64,000 nucleotides of DNA from contig JAFCCF010000002.1 in the NCBI GenBank assembly GCA_017610325.1, positions 8,999 to 72,998 of the forward strand, given 5' to 3'. This DNA comes from Candidatus Aminicenantes bacterium (GTDB taxonomy: Archaea; Nanobdellota; Nanobdellia; Woesearchaeales; JAFCCF01). The number at the start of each line of letters is the position of its first letter. Position 1 is the first letter of the stretch. Position numbers and translations under genes: made by a program. Below are positions 8,869 through 17,494 of the stretch, in pieces. The notes beneath the pieces are model-generated. The model did no database searches. It was not told where the DNA came from and was given only the letters and a program-made list of their open reading frames with translations.

Positions 8869-11361
8869 ATGTCTTGTATGGACGTGAAGAACTTTTTTGA
8901 GAAAAATAAGGGACTTTGTATTCTAATCTTTATATTTGCGCTCATTAAACTTATAATTTTGCCCAAGCTAAATTTTTTGTATTGGGATGAAGCAGTTTAT
9001 CTTTCAATTGGAAAATATATCTATTCTGCTGGTAGTTCTGGGTTTTTTGAGATTATCAGGCCGCTTGGCCTGCCGCTAGTGCTTGGATGGTTCTGGCTGC
9101 TCAAGCTTGATTATATCCTATTTTCAAAGATTTTCATGATAATTATCTCATTAGGGTACATTTTAACAGCATACTTCTTGTCAGCTAAGCTTTTTAACAA
9201 GAAAATAGGAATATTAACAGTCACCCTACTCATTGTAACTCCCGTGTTCTTCGGTTTCAGCAGCCTTATACTTACTGGAGTGCCAGCTGCCATGTTTATC
9301 CTTTTGGCAATCTACTTTTTTATGCAAAAAAATAATTTGTTCCTGTCCGGATTATTCACCGCACTTGCATTCTTATTCAGGTTTCCTGCAGGACTTGTAC
9401 TGGTTGTTGTTTGCGCAGGCCTTATCCTACAGTATATTCAGGAAAAGAAGAAACAAATTCTCCAGCTCGCTAAGAGAAACGCAATTTATGTTGGTTCATT
9501 TGTCTTGTTTACGCTTCCGTACATTATTTTTAACTATATCAAATACCATAATGTAACAAGCGAGCTTAACCATGCCCTATTTAGGCCCTGGATAATGGGC
9601 ATATGGCACCAGGGCAATCCAGCTGGCTGGGTTGGTTCAGGATTATCTAGTGTGCTTTACTACCCAATACAACTTTTCCTGCAGAACATATTTTTCATTT
9701 TTGTTATTGTTGCAATTGTATTCTGGATAAAGAACAAAAATTACAGGAATTACAGATTTAACACAATACTAATTGCGCTGGTGCTCTTCCTGGTATACTT
9801 CTCATACATCTCAAATAAACAGATAAGGTTTAGTATTTTGTTCCTACCATTCCTTGCAATGCTTTCAGCTTATGGCGTGCTTGAGCTGTACAAGCTGGCA
9901 AAGAAGAGGTTTAGGAAAGATACAGTTAAAACAATTATTATTATCCTCTGCTTTGCACAGTTTTTGGCAGTAACAAACATATTTATTGGCAACAGCATTG
10001 GGCATGTCTTGACAAGGCCAAGACCAATGGCTTACCCTGCGCTTACAGAGTTCTTTGAATCAAACAGTATTATGGGCGATGTGATGGCAACAGAGCCAAT
10101 TGCATCAGCATATATTGATAACAGGTTTATCCCAAACTTTTATTCCTATGACACGCTTATTGGCGACTTCAGCTCTAATAGATCTGCGATGTACCTAATT
10201 CACTATCCTGAAGGAATTTGGTGCCCGGAGTATAACTTCCAGTGCTTTACAGACAGAAAACGCGTTACTCAATATTTTATGCAAGAGTACAACCTTGTGT
10301 TTTTTGATAATGAAACTGAGCTATATGTGTTTAGCAAGAACTTTTCACTGCCTCCATTGAACATGGAACAGTTGCAGAAGACAAGGGCAGACCTGGTTAC
10401 AAATCCTAATGCAGTTGATTCCGTGGTTGTTTTTAGAATAGAAAATGCAGGAAGCCTTTTCAGGGAAGATAAAAAGGGCAACATCTGGCAGCGTGACAAA
10501 TTCGAGAAGCTAAATTCCATCTTTGAAGATACAAAAGTTACATGGAGCATAATACCTGCAGATATTGAGGGCTTGAATGAAAAGAGCAGACACTATCTCC
10601 GGGAATATGTGGCAAATCACAGCATCAACATTGCGCAGAAGGGTTATGAGCACAAGGACAATGGATTCGGGAGCGAATTCAGGGGACTGCCTCACTCAAA
10701 GCAGATGGATAAGATTATCCAGGGAAGGATTGTGCTCGAGAATGAGTTTGGCAAGGAAATTACACTTTTCATACCTCCGTTTAATTCAGCAGATGAAAAC
10801 ACATTGCGCATCTTGGATGCTCTAGATTATGCAGTTTATTCATCTACTCCCGGAGATCAGCTTTTTGTGACAGATAGAAACATCAACAGGTATGACCAGT
10901 TGATACCATTCACAGACTGGCAAAAGGGCGGTAACCTTGATTTTGATACACTCAAGGCTCAGTTTGATTCATTCAATAAATTCAAAGATTATATAATCAT
11001 AACAATTGAATACTATATGTTATCTGATGAAGATTTTGAAACCATTGAAAGGTTTCTGGGGTATGTACAATCCAAAAATATTATTGTTATGGACCTTAAG
11101 GGGCTGGACAGATGGTATAGGTTCAGGGAGAGCGTGGATTTTTCAATAGATAACCAGGTTGTAAACATTTACCCCCCTGAGAGCGAGTTCGATGACTATC
11201 TTACACTTGGTTTTTACGTGCCCAGCAACTTCACAATCAGCTCAACTCTTGAAACAGTTAAAATTATTAGCTTCAATGAAGCAGAGATTAATGTGTGCCT
11301 CAACAGCAAATGTTATAAACTTGAACCAAACATATTAAGGAAAATTGAAATCACTGAATGA
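8869..11361 (+). CDS. fusion protein: GT-C (ArnT/PMT_2-like) glycosyltransferase + C-terminal polysaccharide-deacetylase-like (DUF2334-like) domain
   Basis: N-terminal half is polytopic with the LYWDEAVYLSIGKYIYS loop motif. The C-terminal half (WSIIPADIEG...NIAQKGYEHKDNGFGSEF...LFIPPFNSADENTLRIL) resembles DUF2334/NodB-like deacetylases from memory. Confidence 0.55.
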   Translation: MSCMDVKNFFEKNKGLCILIFIFALIKLIILPKLNFLYWDEAVYLSIGKYIYSAGSSGFFEIIRPLGLPLVLGWFWLLKLDYILFSKIFMIIISLGYILTAYFLSAKLFNKKIGILTVTLLIVTPVFFGFSSLILTGVPAAMFILLAIYFFMQKNNLFLSGLFTALAFLFRFPAGLVLVVVCAGLILQYIQEKKKQILQLAKRNAIYVGSFVLFTLPYIIFNYIKYHNVTSELNHALFRPWIMGIWHQGNPAGWVGSGLSSVLYYPIQLFLQNIFFIFVIVAIVFWIKNKNYRNYRFNTILIALVLFLVYFSYISNKQIRFSILFLPFLAMLSAYGVLELYKLAKKRFRKDTVKTIIIILCFAQFLAVTNIFIGNSIGHVLTRPRPMAYPALTEFFESNSIMGDVMATEPIASAYIDNRFIPNFYSYDTLIGDFSSNRSAMYLIHYPEGIWCPEYNFQCFTDRKRVTQYFMQEYNLVFFDNETELYVFSKNFSLPPLNMEQLQKTRADLVTNPNAVDSVVVFRIENAGSLFREDKKGNIWQRDKFEKLNSIFEDTKVTWSIIPADIEGLNEKSRHYLREYVANHSINIAQKGYEHKDNGFGSEFRGLPHSKQMDKIIQGRIVLENEFGKEITLFIPPFNSADENTLRILDALDYAVYSSTPGDQLFVTDRNINRYDQLIPFTDWQKGGNLDFDTLKAQFDSFNKFKDYIIITIEYYMLSDEDFETIERFLGYVQSKNIIVMDLKGLDRWYRFRESVDFSIDNQVVNIYPPESEFDDYLTLGFYVPSNFTISSTLETVKIISFNEAEINVCLNSKCYKLEPNILRKIEITE

Positions 11362-12757
11362 AAAAAAAGAGATATTTGTAATTATTCTGCTTTCAATTCT
11401 AGTTAGACTTGTGTTTTCTGTTAAACAGTTTGCACTTACATGGGATTCTGCAGTGTATCTTGGCATGGCAAAGTATATTTTTTCCCTAGGCAATCTTGGA
11501 TTATGGGAGCCGATAAGGCCTGTTGTGTGGCCATTCCTGCTTGGCATTTTCTGGAAATCGGGTTTGGATGCAGTAGCTTTTGGACGATTGCTTGAGATAA
11601 CACTTAGCATTGCCTCAATCTACCTGCTCTTCAAAATTTGCGAGAAAATATTTGACAAGAACATTGCGCTTATTGCATCATTCTTCTTCTCATTCTCACT
11701 CACATTCCTGGAACTTGAGTTTAACTTGCAGACCGGAATCCTGGCAACATTCCTTATTCTGCTGTCAATTTACCTTTTCCTCAGACAGAAAATTTTCCTG
11801 GCAGGCCTTTTTGCAGGCCTGGCATTTCTCACAAAGTTCTACTATGGTGTATTCATAATTATACTGTTAGTATTCATGATAAAGCAAGTCAGCATCAAGA
11901 ATTACAAGAACTTGTTGCTTGGATTTGGCATACCATTGCTTCCATACCTGATTGCCAATACATTCCTGTATAAGAATCCTTTTTTTCCTTTTATCTCTGC
12001 GAATTATGTTATAAATCATGTTATTGCATGTAATTTCCTAAACCCCCAACCCTGGTATTACTTTTTCCAGAGAATATTTATCGAAAATCCACTGAATATC
12101 ATTGCGCTTCTTGGTGTGGTGCTATTATTAAAAAAGCCAAAACTTGACAGGATATTTTTTCTCAGCTTGTTTGTCCTGCCGCTTGCATATTTAACAACAC
12201 TCTCATGCAAGACACCAAGGTATCTTTTGCTGATTTTGCCCTTCCTGCTGCCATTGACTGCACTAGGAATTGACTTTATCATGGACAAGCTAAAGAAAAA
12301 CCTTCGCTTGCTTTTCCTTTTAATCATAATCATATTTGCAGCAGCTTATCCGTTTTATATTCTGTTCAAGGTCCCTGTTCCAGAAGAAAATCTGGACTAC
12401 TACAACCATTTTAAAGGGATTGAGCCAGACAAGTTAGTGCTGACAAATAATCCTAAACTGGCATTGTACACAGACAACAAGCTTGAGCTCTTGTACTATC
12501 CGCTGTACAATTCATCAAAGGCAGAATATTACTCAGATGATGTTGTTGACAAAAAGCGCGATTATGTGTTTATTGATACTTGCTATGGTGATATGATCTG
12601 CAAGCCAGGTGACTTGGTTTGCATTAATGCGACAAATAATCTGATGCAGGTATTAAAAGACAATTATGAAACTGTTTATTATGCTAACCATACTGTGTGC
12701 GAATACTTTATCTTTTCCTACAAATCAGAACATAGTGAGGATACAGGGGATGTTTAA
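11345..12757 (+). CDS. GT-C (ArnT/PMT_2-like) glycosyltransferase, fourth paralogue
   Basis: Loop motif LTWDSAVYLGMAKYIFS is paralogous to WDEAVY in the upstream gene. Multi-TM with a soluble C-terminus. The TTG start lies in the same aaaattgaaat junction seen at 5416. Confidence 0.6.
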   Translation: MKSLNEKKEIFVIILLSILVRLVFSVKQFALTWDSAVYLGMAKYIFSLGNLGLWEPIRPVVWPFLLGIFWKSGLDAVAFGRLLEITLSIASIYLLFKICEKIFDKNIALIASFFFSFSLTFLELEFNLQTGILATFLILLSIYLFLRQKIFLAGLFAGLAFLTKFYYGVFIIILLVFMIKQVSIKNYKNLLLGFGIPLLPYLIANTFLYKNPFFPFISANYVINHVIACNFLNPQPWYYFFQRIFIENPLNIIALLGVVLLLKKPKLDRIFFLSLFVLPLAYLTTLSCKTPRYLLLILPFLLPLTALGIDFIMDKLKKNLRLLFLLIIIIFAAAYPFYILFKVPVPEENLDYYNHFKGIEPDKLVLTNNPKLALYTDNKLELLYYPLYNSSKAEYYSDDVVDKKRDYVFIDTCYGDMICKPGDLVCINATNNLMQVLKDNYETVYYANHTVCEYFIFSYKSEHSEDTGDV

Positions 12758-13316
12758 TCTCTCTGAACCCAACATCAAAGCCAACTTTTTCCAGTTTTTT
12801 CTTAAGATTCTTTGAACTCTGGAAATAATAATCTCCTGGGTTCATTATTAAATCCCCTAAATAGTTTAGCCAGAACTTTATGGCTGGTTTTTTATCAATC
12901 TCCTTGATTATCAGGACATTTGTCTTGTCAAATCTTTTGTAGCATTTATGGAAAAATATTTTTTGCTGTTCAAGCGGAACATGGTGTAAGAGGTCAACAG
13001 CTAGCAGGATTTGGTTCTTTTTTATTGCAACTGTTTCCAGCAGGCTGGCAACCTTGAACCTTATGTTTGGAAGCTTCCATATCTTTTTTGCAAGCTTTAT
13101 GCGCTCGTCATCAATGTCAAATCCGGTGACTATTCTACCTTTCATGCAAAGATATGCTGATGTCAGGCCATAACTGCAGCCAATCTCTACAATATTTCCT
13201 TTTGGTATAATCTTTTCAATGTTGCTAAATGGAAAAATCAATGATTTTAGAAATACATAGAGTTTTAGCTTAAAGCTGGGCATGTTGTGCAGCATAATTC
13301 TCTCTGTTTTGTCCAT
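12708..13316 (-). CDS. class I SAM-dependent methyltransferase
   Basis: Motif I VEIGCSYGLTSAY; acidic loop GFDIDDERI; 202 aa. Convergent with and overlapping the 3' end of the upstream GT-C gene. Confidence 0.65.
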   Translation of the reverse strand: MDKTERIMLHNMPSFKLKLYVFLKSLIFPFSNIEKIIPKGNIVEIGCSYGLTSAYLCMKGRIVTGFDIDDERIKLAKKIWKLPNIRFKVASLLETVAIKKNQILLAVDLLHHVPLEQQKIFFHKCYKRFDKTNVLIIKEIDKKPAIKFWLNYLGDLIMNPGDYYFQSSKNLKKKLEKVGFDVGFREIKHPLYPHYVLICRKR

Positions 13317-13334
13317 TAATCACTGAAATAATCC

Positions 13335-13348
13335 AAAACTATATAAAT
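13335..13348 (+). promoter_or_regulatory. TATA box for the UbiA-family gene
   Basis: aaaactatataaat is centred about 28 nt upstream of ATG 13370. Confidence 0.5.
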
Positions 13349-13369
13349 TTTTATTGCTGACAACAGAAT

Positions 13370-14197
13370 ATGCGCTATATTAGGATACTTAGACCGCAGC
13401 AATGGTACAAGAATCTTGTTGTCTTCCTTGCACTTGTTTATTCAGGTAACCTGTTAAATCTTAGCCTGTTCCAGGGCACTGTGCTTGGATTTGTCAGTCT
13501 GTGTCTAATCTCATCTTCAGGATATATTCTTAATGATGTGCTTGACAGGAGATATGATAAGAGGCACCCAGAAAAATCAAAAACGCCGATTGCAAGCGGC
13601 GAGATTAGTGTTATAAATGCAGTGCTGTATGCGGCTACGCTGCTGGTTATTGGATTAGTGCTTGCATTTTACCTTAACCTGTACTTTTTATCTTCTATGG
13701 TGCTATTGTTTGTCCTGACACTGCTTTACTCGATATTCATCAAGCATATTGCATTTCTTGACATACTTGTGATTGCAATAAATTTTGTGATAAGAGCGGT
13801 GAGCGGAGCATACCTCATAAATGTTTATATATCTCCCTGGCTCATCATGTGTCCATTTTTTCTTTCATTGTTCCTATCAGCTGGCAAGAGAAGAGCAGAG
13901 TCTTTGTTTGCATCTAGGTTCAAGCCAGTGCTTAAAGCATACACCAAAGAGATAACATCTACCCTTATAGTAATAACCGCAACAATTCTAATATTAACCT
14001 ATACCCTCTACACGATGAGCGTCAACGAAACCCTCATGTTCACGCTTCCGATTGTACTGTATGGAATATTCCTGTACCTTGGCTTTATATTCAAGAATGA
14101 AAAGGTTGCCAGATATCCTTTCCTTGTATTCAAAGATTATAGAATGATAACCATAATTGTCTTCTGGATTATTATCACTGTTTTGGTTCTATACTAA
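13370..14197 (+). CDS. UbiA-superfamily prenyltransferase, decaprenyl-phosphate 5-phosphoribosyltransferase-like subfamily
   Basis: LRPQQWYKNLVVF near the N-terminus and NDVLDRRYDKRHPEKSKTPIASGEIS mirror the Rv3806c-type motifs RP.QW.KN and ND..D...D..HP.K..RPIA.G. About 8 TM helices. Confidence 0.65.
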   Translation: MRYIRILRPQQWYKNLVVFLALVYSGNLLNLSLFQGTVLGFVSLCLISSSGYILNDVLDRRYDKRHPEKSKTPIASGEISVINAVLYAATLLVIGLVLAFYLNLYFLSSMVLLFVLTLLYSIFIKHIAFLDILVIAINFVIRAVSGAYLINVYISPWLIMCPFFLSLFLSAGKRRAESLFASRFKPVLKAYTKEITSTLIVITATILILTYTLYTMSVNETLMFTLPIVLYGIFLYLGFIFKNEKVARYPFLVFKDYRMITIIVFWIIITVLVLY

Positions 14198-14668
14198 TTA
14201 TCCTTTTCTAACCTTGATAAGATCACCAATAGTAAGCGCCTCGCCCTTACCCTTTGTAGCCTCTACAGCTTCTTCTTTATGCATCTCCACCAGCGTTATT
14301 TTAAAGAATTTTTCCAGTTTCCTGGCAAGTTCAATGTTTGGCTCAAAATGTCCCCTCTCAATATTATGCAACAGGCTTTCTTTTACTGCAAGCTTTTTTG
14401 CAGCATCTTCCTGTTTCAGACCCACCTTTTCCCTGCCTGTTTTTATTCTTCCTGGGTAATCTGAAACGACCAGTTGTACAATCTTAGGTCCAGATACAGC
14501 TTTTATCTCTTGTTTTTCAAGTTTCTTTTTTTTCTTTGCAGGCAGTTTAATCTTCACCTTTTCTATTACCTTACCCATCTTGCTACAGCCAGGGCACACA
14601 CTAAGTTCAGTACCTTCAATCTCTACCTTTACAGTTGCATCTTTTGAACCACATATGCTACATAAGAT
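14198..14668 (-). CDS. mbf1: archaeal multiprotein bridging factor 1 (aMBF1): N-terminal zinc ribbon + XRE-type HTH
   Basis: HTH region is GREKVGLKQEDAAKKLAVKESLLHNIERGHFEPNIELARKLEKFF. The zinc ribbon CSIC...CPGC requires extension upstream of the track GTG (14599). The in-frame region up to the stop at 14707-14705 has no ATG/GTG/TTG, so the start is placed at ATC 14668-14666 behind a GGGTGG SD-like box. The 5' end is uncertain. Confidence 0.75.
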   Translation of the reverse strand: MLCSICGSKDATVKVEIEGTELSVCPGCSKMGKVIEKVKIKLPAKKKKKLEKQEIKAVSGPKIVQLVVSDYPGRIKTGREKVGLKQEDAAKKLAVKESLLHNIERGHFEPNIELARKLEKFFKITLVEMHKEEAVEATKGKGEALTIGDLIKVRKG

Positions 14669-14775
14669 ATTCCCACCCAGGTTAAGGTATAGGAACTGGA
14701 ATATTTATATCTTTCGATATAATGGGAAACTTGCTGTAGCCCAAGAGATAATACAACCTGAGAAAAACCAGAGAG

Positions 14776-15186
14776 TTAACCTTTGATAATTGTCACAGTT
14801 ATTGTTCTTTCACTTCTTGGCCCATCAAATTCGCATAACATTATAGACTGCCACCTGCCAAGCTGTAGCTTGCTGTTTTTTACGGGGATTGTCTCGCTTG
14901 GACCTATAATTGCTGCTTTGATATGTGAATCTGCATTACCATCAACCTGATCATGCCTCCATTTTCCCTGGGGAATCAGCTTTGCGAGCATATCATTAAT
15001 GTCAAGGCAGATATTCGGGTCATAATTCTCATTTATAACAATTGCGGCAGTTGCATGCTGCACAAATATACTGCATAACCCTTCTTTTACACCTGAGTTT
15101 GTTACAATCTCTTCTACCTTGCGGTTTATATCAATTATCTCCATACGCTGAGATGTGTTTATTGTGAATGTGTGCTGCATAAACAA
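14776..15186 (-). CDS. YjbQ/UPF0047-family protein (secondary thiamine-phosphate synthase-like)
   Basis: Supporting segments: GLCSIFVQHATAAIVINENYDPNI, GNADSHIKAAIIGPSETIPV, LQLGRWQSIMLCEFDGPR. Confidence 0.8.
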   Translation of the reverse strand: MFMQHTFTINTSQRMEIIDINRKVEEIVTNSGVKEGLCSIFVQHATAAIVINENYDPNICLDINDMLAKLIPQGKWRHDQVDGNADSHIKAAIIGPSETIPVKNSKLQLGRWQSIMLCEFDGPRSERTITVTIIKG

Positions 15187-15283
15187 TAGATAGCCCTAGA
15201 TATTTATATATATTTCGCAATAACTTCAATTTGGTTCAAAGTTTAGTTAATTATTTATATATTAAGTTTGATTACTTAGTGTT

Positions 15284-15916
15284 ATGACAGAAGAATCATT
15301 TATGTTGGTGTCTCTGAAAGAGAGCAAGGCGAAAAAGCTGGCAGAGGTAATAGGTAATGATACCTGCAGGAAGATACTTGATTTTCTGGCGTCAAAAAAA
15401 TCTGCAACAGAGACAGAGATATCAAAAGATCTTAATATCCCTATATCTACTGTACACTACAACCTAAAACATCTTCTCGAAAATAAACTGGTTAAAGCAG
15501 ATGAATACCATTACAGTAAGAAAGGTAAGGAAGTGAACCATTATTCGCTGACAAACAAACTAATCATAATTGCCCCAAGCAGGAAAGGGAAATTCATGGA
15601 TAAACTAAAATCCATATTACCAATCTCATTAATAGCGGTATTTGGTGCCGGAATAATCCATTTTATGTCTATATTTAAGTCAGGAGGCACATTTGCCGCT
15701 ATGGGTATACAAAGGTCAGCCAGCGAAAAAATGCTGGCAGCAGCACCCGCAGTAATGGGCGAGGCAGCAGATGCTGCAATTGCAACCACGACCACACTCC
15801 AACAAATAATTGTACAGCCAGTTGTGCAGCAGTCAAACCTCGCTTTGTGGTTCTTGTTCGGAGCAGCATTTACAATAGTGCTCTTCCTGCTTATTGAATT
15901 GTTTAGAAAACGATAA
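15284..15916 (+). CDS. ArsR-like winged-helix protein with C-terminal membrane anchors
   Basis: N-terminal wHTH (CRKILDFLASKKSATETEISKDLNIPISTVHYNLKHLLENKLV) followed by two hydrophobic segments. Confidence 0.6.
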   Translation: MTEESFMLVSLKESKAKKLAEVIGNDTCRKILDFLASKKSATETEISKDLNIPISTVHYNLKHLLENKLVKADEYHYSKKGKEVNHYSLTNKLIIIAPSRKGKFMDKLKSILPISLIAVFGAGIIHFMSIFKSGGTFAAMGIQRSASEKMLAAAPAVMGEAADAAIATTTTLQQIIVQPVVQQSNLALWFLFGAAFTIVLFLLIELFRKR

Positions 15917-15959
15917 TTCTTCAGTAAACTTTATATAGGTCTCTTTCTTCTGTTTTTCT

Positions 15960-16559
15960 ATGGCAACAGAAGAGTTAAGTGGTAAGGAAAGGCTTGAGCA
16001 GGGCTGGATTAGGACCAGCGCCATAATTGAGGTGCTTGGCAAGCCAAAAGAGCATGTTGAGCAGATGCTTAAAGATTATGTTAAACAGATTCATGAGAAA
16101 AAAGAGATTAGGGTTATTAAAGAAGAGTTTGAACCTGCCAAAAAGCAGAAGGAAACCCTGTTCAGCACATTTGTCGACATTGAGTTCTGGGCTAAAAATG
16201 TTGCAGAGCTTGTATGGTTCTGCTTTGATTTCATGCCTTCCAGTGTAGAGGTAATTGAACCAGAAACAATAAATTATAAATCACACGATTTCTCAGGATT
16301 CCTTAATGATTTACAGGCCAGGTTGCACAACCTTGATATGATTATCAAAAAGTTCTCAGCTGAGAGTGGTGTTTTGCAGAGAAATACAAAACAGCTGCTT
16401 AGAAATATTGTGCTCATTGCCCTAAAAGAAAAGGATTCAACGATTGATGAGCTAGCCAGCTACGTTGGAATAGAGCCAAAAAAGCTTGGACCATTCCTTA
16501 AAGAGATGGAGGAAGAGGCCCTTGTAGAGAACAAGGAAGGATCATATTCAAAAAAATGA
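15960..16559 (+). CDS. hypothetical protein with C-terminal winged-helix; sits in the ScpA position upstream of scpB
   Basis: 199 aa. C-terminus DSTIDELASYVGIEPKKLGPFLKEMEEEALV is wHTH-like. The ATGA overlap with scpB implies translational coupling. No recognisable kleisin motifs. Confidence 0.4.
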   Translation: MATEELSGKERLEQGWIRTSAIIEVLGKPKEHVEQMLKDYVKQIHEKKEIRVIKEEFEPAKKQKETLFSTFVDIEFWAKNVAELVWFCFDFMPSSVEVIEPETINYKSHDFSGFLNDLQARLHNLDMIIKKFSAESGVLQRNTKQLLRNIVLIALKEKDSTIDELASYVGIEPKKLGPFLKEMEEEALVENKEGSYSKK

Positions 16560-17494
16560 AGGATATAAAAGACAAGGTTGAAGCAGTTCTTTTTGCCAGC
16601 GGAAGAAAGATGCATATAGATGAGATTTCCAAGTTGTGTAGGGTTAAGGATACTGACCTTGTCAAGAATGCCCTGAAAGAGTTGCAGAATGAATATGATG
16701 GAAGGGGGGGCCCCCTACTTGTTTTAGGAGAGGGTGATGTGTGGAACCTCAATGTTGGAGAACGGCACCTTCCACTTGTGCAAAAAATTGTTTCTGAGAC
16801 TGAGTTGAGCAAAACCTTGCTTGAAACATTGGCGGTGATTGCATGGAAACAGCCAATCATGCAATCTGATGTTATCAAGGTAAGAACAAACAAGGCATAT
16901 GACCACATACACCAACTTGTTGAAATGGGTTTCCTTGCATCTAAAAAGTATGGTAGGACGCGCGAGCTTAAGCTTACTGAAAACTTCTTCAAATATTTTG
17001 ACATTGAAGGTGAGAAGGACATTAAAGATGTTTTCAAGGACATAGAAGCAAAAAAAGATATAATTAAAAAAGAAGCAGAAGCTAAGAGAAAACTGAGAGA
17101 AGACGAGAAGCTGAAGCAAGAAGAGGAAGAGATAAAACAAGCAGAGCAAGACCAGAGAACATCAAAAGAAAAAATTCAAGAGCTCGTCACAGAGGCAAAA
17201 AAGACCATGGCAGAAGAAGAATCAGTAGAACCACAGGAAGAGAACAGGGAAACAGAAGAAAATGAAGAACCTATGCCTCGGGCTGAAGATAAAGATACAG
17301 ATGGACCTGAACCAGAGATGCCAATTATACCAGTAGGGATTGAAAGTGAAGCCTCAGAAGAAACAGCTGAGCAGCCTGAAGAAGAACCTTCACTGGAACC
17401 AGAAACAGAGAAATCACTTGAAGAAGGGGTTAAGGGAGAGATAGAAAAAGAAGAACAAGAAGAAGAAAAAAAAGAAGAAAATGCTACTTCTTAG
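16556..17494 (+). CDS. scpB: segregation and condensation protein B (ScpB) with long acidic C-terminal tail
   Basis: VEAVLFASGRKMHIDEISKL and LLETLAVIAWKQPIMQSDVIKVR are tandem wHTH ScpB signatures. The last ~150 aa are an E/K-rich low-complexity tail. Confidence 0.8.
   Translation: MKDIKDKVEAVLFASGRKMHIDEISKLCRVKDTDLVKNALKELQNEYDGRGGPLLVLGEGDVWNLNVGERHLPLVQKIVSETELSKTLLETLAVIAWKQPIMQSDVIKVRTNKAYDHIHQLVEMGFLASKKYGRTRELKLTENFFKYFDIEGEKDIKDVFKDIEAKKDIIKKEAEAKRKLREDEKLKQEEEEIKQAEQDQRTSKEKIQELVTEAKKTMAEEESVEPQEENRETEENEEPMPRAEDKDTDGPEPEMPIIPVGIESEASEETAEQPEEEPSLEPETEKSLEEGVKGEIEKEEQEEEKKEENATS

Noticed and set aside
16498-17149. 181-aa and 141-aa minus-strand ORFs
   Set aside because: They are antisense to scpB and the upstream ORF. 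Their Leu/Ser/Phe-rich sequence is produced by reading the Glu/Lys-rich tail in reverse.
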